Shown one piece after another: positions 49,149 to 58,719 of a stretch of DNA of 64,000 nucleotides. The stretch comes from Candidatus Adamsella avium (GTDB lineage: Bacteria > Cyanobacteriota > Vampirovibrionia > Gastranaerophilales > CAJFVJ01), in assembly GCA_904420445.1 (NCBI GenBank), contig CAJFVJ010000001.1, forward strand, positions 352,744 to 416,743, given 5' to 3'. Each line of letters begins with the position of its first letter. Position 1 is the stretch's first letter. The notes beneath the pieces were generated by a model, which was not told the origin of the DNA, made no database searches, and was given only the letters and a program-made list of their open reading frames with translations. Both the position numbers and the translations under genes were made by a program.

Positions 49149-50086
49149 ACTTTTTTGATATTTATATTCTTCAATTTGTTGACTATATGTTGATAATAGG
49201 GCATATAGTTTTTCTTGAAGCCGCCATGCGGTTTGGTGTTTGAAATTTTTGTCTTTGGAGTTTGGGAGTAGAGGTTGAGAAAGACTATTTCAGGCGGATT
49301 GAATAACCTCATGGCGCTTGATGTCCCTATTCCACCGGATACATAGAGATGTTTGTTGTTTTCGACAACATAGCCTTTTTTGTAGCGCTGGTTGTACTTT
49401 GATGAAACAACAGGTGCTCCGAGAATCGGGAAGCAGACTTCGCCGCCGTGGGTGTGTCCGCTCAGAGTAAGGTTTGTTCCCTGAGGGATTTTCGGGAACA
49501 GGTCAGGGTTATGTTCGAGGACAATTACAGGGGTTTTATAAGGCGGTTTGCCTATTGTCTTAATCGGATTCGGGTTTGAGTGCCACAGGTCTTTGAAGCC
49601 TACGACTCTGATAGTTTGTCCGTTGATTGAGAAATATTTGCTCTCATCTTCAAGCAGAGGGATATTGGCTTGTCTGAGAATTTTTTTTATGACACATGGC
49701 GGTTTGTAGTCATGGTTTCCGAGGATGGCGACTGTTCCGTATTTAGCGTCGAGGTCGTCGAGGGTTTCTGATATTTCTTTTTTTGATATTTTTGAGTCCT
49801 CTATGCTCTGGGCGTCAAAATCACCGAGGAGAAAAATTAAATCAGGTTTTTGGTCATTAACTTTTTCTACGATATTTTCAAGCTTTTTGATGTCAGTGAA
49901 ACCATGCCCGATGTGGGGGTCTGATACGACGCCGATTTTGAGTCCGTTTAGTTTTTTATTCCAATTCGGAATATAGAGGGTTTCATGTGTTGTGACAAGC
50001 AGCTGAGGTTCTACGAATATCATATAGACGATGATTGAACATATTGTGAAGAATATGGCAGTTGTTAGCAGAAGAAGTTTTTTCAT
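49145..50086 (-). CDS. Metallophosphoesterase (YkuE-like)
   Basis: SDPH, GD, GNHD, HNPD, SGHTHGG. Confidence 0.9.
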   Translation of the reverse strand: MKKLLLLTTAIFFTICSIIVYMIFVEPQLLVTTHETLYIPNWNKKLNGLKIGVVSDPHIGHGFTDIKKLENIVEKVNDQKPDLIFLLGDFDAQSIEDSKISKKEISETLDDLDAKYGTVAILGNHDYKPPCVIKKILRQANIPLLEDESKYFSINGQTIRVVGFKDLWHSNPNPIKTIGKPPYKTPVIVLEHNPDLFPKIPQGTNLTLSGHTHGGEVCFPILGAPVVSSKYNQRYKKGYVVENNKHLYVSGGIGTSSAMRLFNPPEIVFLNLYSQTPKTKISNTKPHGGFKKNYMPYYQHIVNKLKNINIKKV

Positions 50087-50107
50087 TTCTGTTTCCTCAT
50101 GTTTGTA

Positions 50108-50410
50108 TCAATCAGAAAATATATAGCCCCACAGCGGTTTTTTGTCGTTTTCCATAAGGCATGCGTAGTTGAGAGTTTTTTGTCTTTTGCCAAGTCCTCT
50201 GATGCGGGCTTTGCCGTAGACTATGGAGGAAACAAACCGATTTCCGATGCGGTCTTCGAGTTTGTCTGTATGTTCGTTGTTTTTTTGTGTAATTTCTATT
50301 TTTTTTCCGTGTTGGGAAGAGTAAATTTCAGAAAGATAATCGGTGCATACCGAAGCATGTGCCGTATTGATGAAGATGAGATTTATCAGAATAAGGCGCA
50401 GTATTTTCAT
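50108..50410 (-). CDS. Secreted hypothetical protein
   Basis: Signal peptide ending AHA, two Cys. Confidence 0.55.
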   Translation of the reverse strand: MKILRLILINLIFINTAHASVCTDYLSEIYSSQHGKKIEITQKNNEHTDKLEDRIGNRFVSSIVYGKARIRGLGKRQKTLNYACLMENDKKPLWGYIFSD

Positions 50411-50458
50411 ATATGGATTATACTACAGAAGTTATATTTCTACCCGTCAAAATTCTCT

Positions 50459-50596
50459 GGAACTTATATAGCAAATTCCGCAGATACATCATTCTGAGGG
50501 TTTTAGCCCGAAGAATCCTTTTTATTCAGATACTTCGCTAACGCTCAGTATGACGTTGTTTTGGAAATTTTTGGAGGAATTTGCTATATAAATCCC
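50459..50596 (-). mobile_element. MITE copy 3 (138-bp variant)
   Basis: Same TIRs; flanks AATTCTCT/AATTTTCT (7/8). Confidence 0.85.
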
Positions 50597-50603
50597 AATT
50601 TTC

Positions 50604-51386
50604 TTATAATATTTTTCTCAAATTTTCTACCATTTTGTCTGCTGTTTGGAGTTTTTGCGAAACAGAGCCGATTGCGAGAGCTTCGACATCTTTTTCAAAG
50701 TTATCCGGCAGAATTTTGCAGTTTTCGAGGGCAAAAGATACGAGTTTTTTTTCTCCCGGGTGGAGGAGTTTGTTTCTGGCAAAGATTATGTCAAAATAAC
50801 TCGCCAGAAATGCTGCGCTTCTGTGGTTTATGCTGACACAGTCTTTTCTCTCGACGGCAGACTCGAGCTGGTCATAATATGAAAACATTACATCTTTGAG
50901 GTAGGCAAAGTTTTTTTTGATGATATTTTGAGCGAGTTTGTCAGGATAAGGTATTTGCGTCTTTTCCTGCAGCTTTCTGAACCAGCCGTTTCTATCGAAC
51001 AGGATTTCCGATTTGTTCACATTGAAGACAAAACAGGTGGTATATCCGAGAGAAGCGTTTCCTTCTTCCCACACCCATTTGATGTTTCCTTCTATGCTGT
51101 TTGGATGACGATACATGATATCAACGGGCTTGTTTGTTTCTTTGAGAGTATAGACATCGCCTGTTTCAAAGAAGTGGTTGTCAATTTCAGGAGAATCAGA
51201 GTATTTTTCGGCAATTTGTCTTCGTTTGGTGACATCAGGCTCTTTGGTGCAGTAGATATATATATCAAAGTCAGAGCGGTTATCAGATTGTTTTGCCGTT
51301 GATGAACCGCTGATTGCTATTGCTTCGACTTCGTCAAATTGTTTGTAGTCTTCTGTCATCATGAGAAGAAATTGCCTGTTGTCCAT
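50604..51386 (-). CDS. Nucleotidyltransferase-fold / DUF4037-like protein
   Basis: AIAISGS..D..SDFDIY, GYTTCF, HPGEK. Confidence 0.8.
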   Translation of the reverse strand: MDNRQFLLMMTEDYKQFDEVEAIAISGSSTAKQSDNRSDFDIYIYCTKEPDVTKRRQIAEKYSDSPEIDNHFFETGDVYTLKETNKPVDIMYRHPNSIEGNIKWVWEEGNASLGYTTCFVFNVNKSEILFDRNGWFRKLQEKTQIPYPDKLAQNIIKKNFAYLKDVMFSYYDQLESAVERKDCVSINHRSAAFLASYFDIIFARNKLLHPGEKKLVSFALENCKILPDNFEKDVEALAIGSVSQKLQTADKMVENLRKIL

Positions 51387-51459
51387 GTTTTTGTTCCGTT
51401 TTATTTTTTACCTGTATTATTATAATTTGATTTGATTAGTATTGAAAGAGTGTTTTTTC

Positions 51460-51597
51460 GGGAATTATATAGCAAATTCCGCCAAAAATTTCCAAAACAA
51501 TGTCATACTGAGCGTTAGCGAAGTATCTAAACAAAAAGGATTCTTCGGGCTAAAACCCTCAGAATGACGTATCTGTGGAATTTGCTATATAAGTTCC
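51460..51597 (+). mobile_element. MITE copy 4 (138-bp variant)
   Basis: Same TIRs; flanks GTTTTTTC/GTTTTTCT. Confidence 0.85.
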
Positions 51598-51635
51598 GTT
51601 TTTCTTGACTTTTATTTTTGTCTTTCATAAGATTA

Positions 51636-51667
51636 TGTTGGAATTACAACAGGTTGGAATTATAACA
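51636..51667. promoter_or_regulatory. Tandem MarR operator-like sites
   Basis: TGTTGGAATTACAACA followed by GGTTGGAATTATAACA, directly before the marR start. Confidence 0.6.
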
Positions 51668-51669
51668 TA

Positions 51670-52146
51670 GTGTCTGATAGAGAAGATAATTTGCTGAATT
51701 GTTATGCTGACAGGCTGCCTTATAAGATAGAGAAAGCTGCGATTTATATGAAGCTGAGAGGGTCTTGTGTCCTGAACGGGTTTGATGCGGGGTTGTCGAT
51801 AGACCAGTTTATTACTCTTGAGACAATAGCGTTCAATCCGGGGATATGTCAGCGTGATTTATCGAAGATAGTGTTGAAGGATCGTTCCAACATTACGAGA
51901 ATTTTGAACATACTTGAAGACAGAGGGCTGATAATCCGAGAACTTTCTGTCAAAGGGCGCCGCCCCGTCAAGACCATGAAGCTTACAGAAAGCGGGGAAG
52001 AGATGATAAAAAAATATTCATCTCCGCTTGAGAAAGATATGGATGTTTTTTTGAGTGATTTCAGCGAAGAAGAACTCGAGGTAATGAAAAGGGGTCTTGA
52101 TAAAATTATCGGTAAGATAAGCGAAACGGTCAGCATACAGATATAG
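51670..52146 (+). CDS. MarR-family regulator
   Basis: QRDLS...KDRSNITRILNILE..GLI.R, LTESG. Confidence 0.9.
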   Translation: MSDREDNLLNCYADRLPYKIEKAAIYMKLRGSCVLNGFDAGLSIDQFITLETIAFNPGICQRDLSKIVLKDRSNITRILNILEDRGLIIRELSVKGRRPVKTMKLTESGEEMIKKYSSPLEKDMDVFLSDFSEEELEVMKRGLDKIIGKISETVSIQI

Positions 52147-52159
52147 GCGAGAAGAAGAG

Positions 52160-53698
52160 ATGACAGAAGAGAGCAGAGAAGAACAGATGAATCCGTGGCT
52201 GACGACGATAGCCGTAATGAGTGCGACGTTTATTTTTGTTCTTGACGGAACAATTGCGAATGTTGCGCTGCCTCAGATGGCAGGAAGTTTTTCTTCGAGT
52301 AATGATGAAGCGACGTGGATTTTGACTAGTTATCTGATTGCAAGCGGGATAGTTGTGCCCTCTGTTGACTGGTTCAGCAAATTGTTCGGGCGGAAGATGT
52401 TTTTTATTGCATGTGTTTTGCTGTTTACCGTAGCATCACTCCTGTGCGGGATGTCGACATCTCTTGATATGATGATTTTTTCACGAATTTTGCAGGGATT
52501 TGGCGGCGGTGCGCTGCTGCCTGTTTCTCAGGCAATATTGCTTGAAGCTTTTCCTAAAGAGAAAAGGGCGCTTGCGATGTCTATTTTCGGTTTCGGAGTT
52601 GTTGTTGCTCCTGTTATAGGTCCTGTTCTCGGGGGATGGCTTACTGATAACTGGTCGTGGAACTGGATATTTTTCATAAACATTCCGTTTGGCATATTTG
52701 CGGCGATTGCTTCATGGCTGTGGATTGTTGACCCGCCTTATGCAAAGAAGCAACCGAATCCTTATATAGATTACATCGGATTTACTTTATTGATTATATG
52801 GCTTGTTACTTTGCAGGTTGTTCTTGATAAGGGGAATAATGCGGACTGGTTTAATGCGACGTGGGTTTGTGTTGTGAGCGGGATATCTTTTGTTGCGATG
52901 GTTTTGTTTATTTATTCCCAGCTCAAGCAAAAGAGGTCTATAATTGACTTATCCGTGTTCAAGGATATGAATTTTTTGCTCGGAACGCTGATTCTTGTTC
53001 TTGTGAATACTGTTTTGTATGCTTCGACAACGATTATGCCTTTATTTTTGCAGAATTTGCTCGGTTACAGCGCTTTTTGGAGCGGTTATTCTTTAATGCC
53101 GAGGGGCATAGGGAGTGTTACGATGATTGCTTTGTACAGTGTTACGAGTGATAAAGTTGATTTCAGAATTTATACGGCTTTAGGGTTGATTTTGCTCGGG
53201 GTATCAGGTCTTATGTTCGGCTTTTTGAATTTGGAGATATCCATGTTCAATATAGTACTTCCGAATTTGTTGTTTGGCGCCGGTGTCGGGATGACCATGA
53301 CGGTGTTGACAACCGTATCGATGGAGACAATCAGCAATGCGCAGATGACAAATGCAAGCGGTGTTCAGAATTTGTTGAAAAATATCGGTGCGGCTGTAGG
53401 AACTTCGCTTGTTGCAACAATGGTTTCGAGGTATTCTCAGGCATTTCAGCATTATTTTGTAGAGAATTTGAGTGATTTGAACGGTGTTTATTCTGACAAG
53501 TTGAATTCGCTGATATCATCATTTTCGGTATATGAGAATTATCCGGTTGCTTTTGAGAAGGCTATGGGTACGTTATATCAAGAACTTATACAGCAGGCGA
53601 TGTTGTGTGCTTATATTGAATCATTCAGAATTTTCGGGGTTGTATGTTTCTTTTGCCTTCCTTTGTTATTGTTGTATAAACGTAAAAGGCGGGTATAG
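52160..53698 (+). CDS. DHA2/EmrB-family MFS efflux permease
   Basis: LDGTIANVALP, WILTSYL, RILQGFGGG, GPVLGGWLTDN. Confidence 0.93.
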   Translation: MTEESREEQMNPWLTTIAVMSATFIFVLDGTIANVALPQMAGSFSSSNDEATWILTSYLIASGIVVPSVDWFSKLFGRKMFFIACVLLFTVASLLCGMSTSLDMMIFSRILQGFGGGALLPVSQAILLEAFPKEKRALAMSIFGFGVVVAPVIGPVLGGWLTDNWSWNWIFFINIPFGIFAAIASWLWIVDPPYAKKQPNPYIDYIGFTLLIIWLVTLQVVLDKGNNADWFNATWVCVVSGISFVAMVLFIYSQLKQKRSIIDLSVFKDMNFLLGTLILVLVNTVLYASTTIMPLFLQNLLGYSAFWSGYSLMPRGIGSVTMIALYSVTSDKVDFRIYTALGLILLGVSGLMFGFLNLEISMFNIVLPNLLFGAGVGMTMTVLTTVSMETISNAQMTNASGVQNLLKNIGAAVGTSLVATMVSRYSQAFQHYFVENLSDLNGVYSDKLNSLISSFSVYENYPVAFEKAMGTLYQELIQQAMLCAYIESFRIFGVVCFFCLPLLLLYKRKRRV

Positions 53699-53805
53699 AA
53701 ATCTTTTATATAAATTTATGGATATAATCTTATTTCTTGTATAAAATATTTTTAAGATTAGTTTGTAAAAATTTATACGGTCTTGAGCAGGGCAGGAAAA
53801 TTTTT

Positions 53806-55197
53806 ATGATAAAGGACATGACAAAAGGCGACCCTCTTGGTTTGATAATGTGGTTTTCTGTTCCTTTGTTGATAGGGAATATTTTCCAGCAGCTTTATAA
53901 CATAGCTGATATAGCAATTGTAGGCAGGACTCTCGGGGTAAATGCGCTTGCTGCTGTCGGTGCAATTTCTCCGATTTTTTTCTTTCTTATGATGGTGCTT
54001 GTCGGGATGACTAACGGGTTTGCTGTTATTACGGGGCAGCGGTTCGGGGCGAAAGATATTGTCGGAGTAAGGCGTTCCGTAGCAATTTCCGTAATATTAA
54101 GTTTTGGATTTACCGTTGTATTTTCTGCTGCACTTGCGTTGTTTATGGAGCAGGTTTTGTCTTTGATGAATGTACCGGAGGAGATAATGCATGATGCTTA
54201 CTGGTATATTCAGATTGTGGTAGGCGGGCTTGTTATTACGACTTTGTATAATTTGCTTGCGAGTGTAATAAGAGCACTCGGTGACAGCAAGACGCCTTTA
54301 TATTTTTTGATTTTTGCTTCATTGTTGAATATATTTCTTGCGTTATTGTTTATTTTGCAATTTCATATGGGTGTGCCCGGGGCAGCTGTTGCGGTTGTTT
54401 TATCTCAGACCGTGTCCGCTGTTTTATGCATATTTTATGTAAAGAAGAAGTTTCCGATACTGCATCTGAAGAAAAGTGATTGGGTTTTTAATTATTCAAT
54501 AGGGCATAAAGATTTCAATTTTGCGATGGATCATATGAAAGTCGGTTTTCCTATGGCGTTGCAGTTTTCTATTCTCGGAGCGGGAATTTTGATAATTCAG
54601 AGTGTTTGCAATACTTTCGGACCGAATGTTATAGCTGCTCTTACGGCTGCTTTGAGGATTGAGCAGATTGCGACCATGCCTATGATTTCTTTTGGTGTTG
54701 CGCTTGCTGCTTATGTTGCACAAAATTTCGGGGCAAACAGTTTTGCAAGGATAAGGCTCGGAGTAAAGCAGGCGTCTGTTATTTGTCTTGTATTGAGCAT
54801 TGTGATGGCGTTTATTATGCATTATTTCGGCAGTGATATAGTCAGAATTTTTATAGGAGATACCAAAAAAGAGATTATAGATATTGCTCAGCAGTATTTA
54901 TTTATAAGCACGATGTATTATTTCTTTTTAGGTCAGATTTTTATTTACAGAAATGCGCTGCAGGGTATGGGAGAGGCTGTTATTCCTCTTTGGGCAAGTG
55001 TTGCAGAGCTTGTAGTGCGTGCGTTTGCTGCTGTTTATCTGGCTGTTCACTTTGGTTATATAGGTATTTTCTATTCAGGACCTATTGCATGGGTAAGTGC
55101 TTCTCTGGTTGTTGCGATAGGTTATTATATGAGCATAGGGAAGATTGTGCATAAGACAATCTCCTCAATCAGAGAACAGCGTAAGATGGCTGCATGA
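53806..55197 (+). CDS. MATE-family efflux transporter
   Basis: DMTKG.P, GNIFQQLYNIAD, RALGDSKTPLYFL. Confidence 0.93.
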   Translation: MIKDMTKGDPLGLIMWFSVPLLIGNIFQQLYNIADIAIVGRTLGVNALAAVGAISPIFFFLMMVLVGMTNGFAVITGQRFGAKDIVGVRRSVAISVILSFGFTVVFSAALALFMEQVLSLMNVPEEIMHDAYWYIQIVVGGLVITTLYNLLASVIRALGDSKTPLYFLIFASLLNIFLALLFILQFHMGVPGAAVAVVLSQTVSAVLCIFYVKKKFPILHLKKSDWVFNYSIGHKDFNFAMDHMKVGFPMALQFSILGAGILIIQSVCNTFGPNVIAALTAALRIEQIATMPMISFGVALAAYVAQNFGANSFARIRLGVKQASVICLVLSIVMAFIMHYFGSDIVRIFIGDTKKEIIDIAQQYLFISTMYYFFLGQIFIYRNALQGMGEAVIPLWASVAELVVRAFAAVYLAVHFGYIGIFYSGPIAWVSASLVVAIGYYMSIGKIVHKTISSIREQRKMAA

Positions 55198-55223
55198 GTT
55201 TAGCGATAAAGGAGTAAAGAATT

Positions 55224-55565
55224 ATGATAGAAGAGCAGAATAAAAACGGAGAAGAGAAAGTTTTGTTAATAATCACAATTTTGGTGTCGATTATTTTCGG
55301 TTTTCTGCTTCCGCTTATTGTGTGGTTTGTGAAGAGGGACAGTTTTTCCTCTTATGCTGATAATATAGCAAAGGGTACGCTGAATTTCCAGCTAACGATA
55401 TTTATAGCTGAGATTATATGCGGTCTGTTGTCATTTACCGGTATAGGGTGTATTCTTCTGCCGATAGTTCATGTGGTGAATATTGTTGTTCTTGTGATGG
55501 CAGCTGTTGCCGTTAATTCTTGGACAGAGTTCAAGTATCCGATGACAATTCCTTTCATAAGATAA
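55224..55565 (+). CDS. DUF4870 membrane protein
   Basis: PLIVW, LNFQLT, FKYPMTIPFI. Confidence 0.8.
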   Translation: MIEEQNKNGEEKVLLIITILVSIIFGFLLPLIVWFVKRDSFSSYADNIAKGTLNFQLTIFIAEIICGLLSFTGIGCILLPIVHVVNIVVLVMAAVAVNSWTEFKYPMTIPFIR

Positions 55566-55593
55566 TGTGTGAAGCAAAGAAGCTTTGAGATTT

Positions 55594-56991
55594 CTATATG
55601 TATTCCGGTTCTATGTCATAGAGGTTTTTGCCGCCGACGGCTTTATAGAGTTCTATGGCGCTCAGCAGGCAGTTTATTTTGTTTGATATGTCTTCCTGCT
55701 GTGTCATGAGAATTATTTGTTGATATTTCAGTCTGTCAAGTTTTGAGGCGGCGCCTATGTTCAATTTTTTGTCCATGAGGTCGAATTTTTCGTTTTCGAG
55801 TTTGAGTCTTTCCGTGCTGTTCTGGTAATTTTTGTTTGCCGTTTTAGCGCTTACGAGGCTGTCGTTGATTTCCTGCATGGAGGTAAGGATTGTTTTTTCG
55901 TAGTTTTGTGAAGCTTCTTCAAGCTCGTATTTTTTGAATTTCAAATAGGCAAGTTTGCGTCCGCCTGAGAACAGGTCAAAGACCGGAGCAACTCCTGCAT
56001 TTGATAAGAATGCAGGGTTCGAGAAGATATTCTTCCATTGATAAGCATTAAACCCTATTTGACCGAAGATTATAATTTTCGGGAGGAAGTTTCTTCTTGC
56101 TACTTTGACGTCTATGCCTACTCTTTTGAGGTTTTGTTCGGCTTTTAGCATATCCGGTCTGTTTTGAATCAGTTCTGATTTTATGTTTGCAGGAGTTTCT
56201 ATCAATTTGATATCTTCGTAGGCAATTGTTTGTATGTTATCGGAATTTTTTTGTGCCAGATAAACCGAGAGCTGGTTTTTGACGACGTCTTGTTTTTCTT
56301 CAAGGCTGTTGAGGTCTTCTTCAAAATATTTCAGCCTTTTTTGTTCGTCGATTAGTTCGGTAATCGGACATAGTCCGCTTTTATATTTTTTTTCGGTCAT
56401 GGTAAGAACTGTTTTTTGAGAGTCAATGAGTTCTTTTTGGATTTCAATTAACTTGTTGAGTTTGACCAGATTGTAGTAATTTGCGGCAAGTGCTGAAGTC
56501 AGGCCTATATAAGTTGCTCTTTCATCCTGTTTGAGCATTTCGAGTTTTTGTTTTGTACTTTTTGTCCGGAGGTGATTTTGCCCCCACAAATCAAGTTCGT
56601 AGTTCATTGTCAGCGGGAGCAGGAAATTGCTCTGGTTATAATTCGGGATGAACATATCTCCAAAGTATGTGTCGCTTGACCTGAAGGTTCTTGCAAAATT
56701 TCCGGAGAATTGTATTGACGGCAGTTCTTGCGAGAGAGATTGTTTTACGATTTGTTGACCCTGCTGGACTTTCAGCGAGGCAATCTTCAGGTCATGGTTG
56801 TGCCGGTAAGCAATGAGAAGATACTCGGTCAGAAGAGGATCTTCGAATTTGTCCCACCAGTTGAGGTTCAGGTATTCTATTTTGTTATCAGCATTTTTTT
56901 GAGGTTTATTTTTTACTTTTGACTTTGCAAAAGCTGTTGTAGTGCTGAATATCAACAGCATGCACAATAAAATAATCTTAACTTTTTTCAT
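55594..56991 (-). CDS. TolC-family outer membrane efflux protein
   Basis: WWDKFEDP.L, YELDLWG, RPDML.AE, LYKAVGG. Confidence 0.92.
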   Translation of the reverse strand: MKKVKIILLCMLLIFSTTTAFAKSKVKNKPQKNADNKIEYLNLNWWDKFEDPLLTEYLLIAYRHNHDLKIASLKVQQGQQIVKQSLSQELPSIQFSGNFARTFRSSDTYFGDMFIPNYNQSNFLLPLTMNYELDLWGQNHLRTKSTKQKLEMLKQDERATYIGLTSALAANYYNLVKLNKLIEIQKELIDSQKTVLTMTEKKYKSGLCPITELIDEQKRLKYFEEDLNSLEEKQDVVKNQLSVYLAQKNSDNIQTIAYEDIKLIETPANIKSELIQNRPDMLKAEQNLKRVGIDVKVARRNFLPKIIIFGQIGFNAYQWKNIFSNPAFLSNAGVAPVFDLFSGGRKLAYLKFKKYELEEASQNYEKTILTSMQEINDSLVSAKTANKNYQNSTERLKLENEKFDLMDKKLNIGAASKLDRLKYQQIILMTQQEDISNKINCLLSAIELYKAVGGKNLYDIEPEYI

Positions 56992-57017
56992 ATTTACTTG
57001 CTCTCATGAAATCTTTT

Positions 57018-57037
57018 TGTGTTATTATGATAACACA
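57018..57037. promoter_or_regulatory. MarR operator-like palindrome between divergent tolC and marR
   Basis: TGTGTTAT-TATG-ATAACACA. Confidence 0.6.
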
Positions 57038-57059
57038 AAAAGAAAAGTGTAAAGAGATC

Positions 57060-57518
57060 ATGGACGAAATTAATCAATTAAGGAAAAAGGCCGGTGTTAT
57101 GCTGATTAACTCCGGAACTTTGATGAGAATATGCAAAAGACAGGTTTTTCGCGAGAAAAAATTTGCGATAACTCCGGAGCAATTTGAGGTGCTTGCAATA
57201 CTCGCCGAGGAAGACGGTCTTTATCAACGTCAGATAGCAGCCATCATGTTGAAGGATCGTCCGAATATTACGAGGATAATCAATATTCTTGAATCGGGCG
57301 GTTATGTGAACAGGGTCGAAGACACGAACAGAAGAAAGGTCTTCAAGGTGTTTTTGACGGAGAAGGGGCATGCGATTTATGAGCAAATACAGCCAGCAAT
57401 ATATGAAATGCGAAATGAAATAAATGTCGGAATTGAGAAAGAAGACATCGAAATTTGTCTTGAAGTTCTCGGAAAATTTCAGGCAAATTTGGAAAAGAAA
57501 GTAAATATGCAGATATAA
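57060..57518 (+). CDS. MarR-family regulator
   Basis: ITPEQF.VL, KDRPNITRIINILE, RRKVFKVFLTEKG. Confidence 0.9.
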   Translation: MDEINQLRKKAGVMLINSGTLMRICKRQVFREKKFAITPEQFEVLAILAEEDGLYQRQIAAIMLKDRPNITRIINILESGGYVNRVEDTNRRKVFKVFLTEKGHAIYEQIQPAIYEMRNEINVGIEKEDIEICLEVLGKFQANLEKKVNMQI

Positions 57519-57540
57519 ATATATATAAGAAGAGGAAATT

Positions 57541-58719
57541 ATGAGCGATAATTTGAATAGTCCTAAACAACCTGAGCAACCGGAACAATCTGGAGATAAA
57601 CCGTTTTTGCATCAGGGTCAGCCTGTGAAAAACGAAAAAAATCAAACTGAAGAGAAAGTTCAAAAAGAGCAAAAAGACCCAAAAGAAAATAAAAAATTAA
57701 AGAAGAAGATGAAGAAAAAAAGAGTTCTTCTTCCTATTCTTGCCGCCGTTCTGGTATTTTTGGCGGGAGTATATTTTACCATCCATGCCTATTTTTATCA
57801 GTCAACGGATGATGCGTTTGTTGAGGGGCATATTATTTCAGTTGCCCCACGTGTTGAAGGGCAAATAATCAATCTATATGTAGATGATAACCAGCATCTT
57901 GAGGAAGGCCAGCTGATAGCTGAGATTGACCCGAAGGATTATGAAGTCAAACTTGCACAGGCCGAGGCAAAATTGCAGGAAGCAAAAGCGTCTTTGAATA
58001 TGACAGATAAGCAGGTTGAACAAAATGAAGCAACATTAAGCCAGTATTCGCAAGATATCCATTCTACTCAGTCCAAGCTGAATTTTGCAAAAGAGGACTA
58101 CAAGAGATACAACGATATGTATAAAGAGGGAATAGTGTCAAAGCAGGATTATGACAACAGCATGACAAATCTGCATGTTGCGCAGGCGAATTATAATTCA
58201 GCAAATGACAGAGTGAAAGCAAGCGAATCTTCTCTGCAATCATCGAAGGCAAGGAAGGCTGCCGTTGAAGCTGAGATAAAAAGACTCGAAGCAGAGGTTG
58301 AGCAAGCTAAGCTTAATCTTTCTTATACAAAGATTTATGCTCCTCAGGAGGGAAATGTAACTGCGAGAAGTGTTGAAAAGGGAAATTATGTAAATGTAGC
58401 ACAGCCGCTTTTGGCTATAGTGCCGACAAAAGTGTGGGTAGTTGCGAACTTCAAAGAAACACAGCTTGAGAGCATGAAACCAGGGCAGCCTGTGTCAATA
58501 AAAGTTGATACTTATCCTCATAAGGTTTTCAGAGGTAAAGTTGACAGCATACAGAGGGCAACCGGAGCAAAAGCAAGTTTGTTTCCTCCTGAGAATGCTG
58601 TCGGAAGTTATGTAAAGATAGTACAGCGTGTGCCCGTGAAGATTGTGTTTGATGAAGACTATTCTCAATACAATATAGTCCCCGGTATGTCAGTAATTCC
58701 GGAAGTAAAAGTAAGATGA
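57541..58719 (+). CDS. emrA: EmrA-like HlyD membrane fusion protein
   Basis: STDDAFV, WVVANFKETQL, PPENAVGSYVKIVQRVPV. Confidence 0.9.
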   Translation: MSDNLNSPKQPEQPEQSGDKPFLHQGQPVKNEKNQTEEKVQKEQKDPKENKKLKKKMKKKRVLLPILAAVLVFLAGVYFTIHAYFYQSTDDAFVEGHIISVAPRVEGQIINLYVDDNQHLEEGQLIAEIDPKDYEVKLAQAEAKLQEAKASLNMTDKQVEQNEATLSQYSQDIHSTQSKLNFAKEDYKRYNDMYKEGIVSKQDYDNSMTNLHVAQANYNSANDRVKASESSLQSSKARKAAVEAEIKRLEAEVEQAKLNLSYTKIYAPQEGNVTARSVEKGNYVNVAQPLLAIVPTKVWVVANFKETQLESMKPGQPVSIKVDTYPHKVFRGKVDSIQRATGAKASLFPPENAVGSYVKIVQRVPVKIVFDEDYSQYNIVPGMSVIPEVKVR

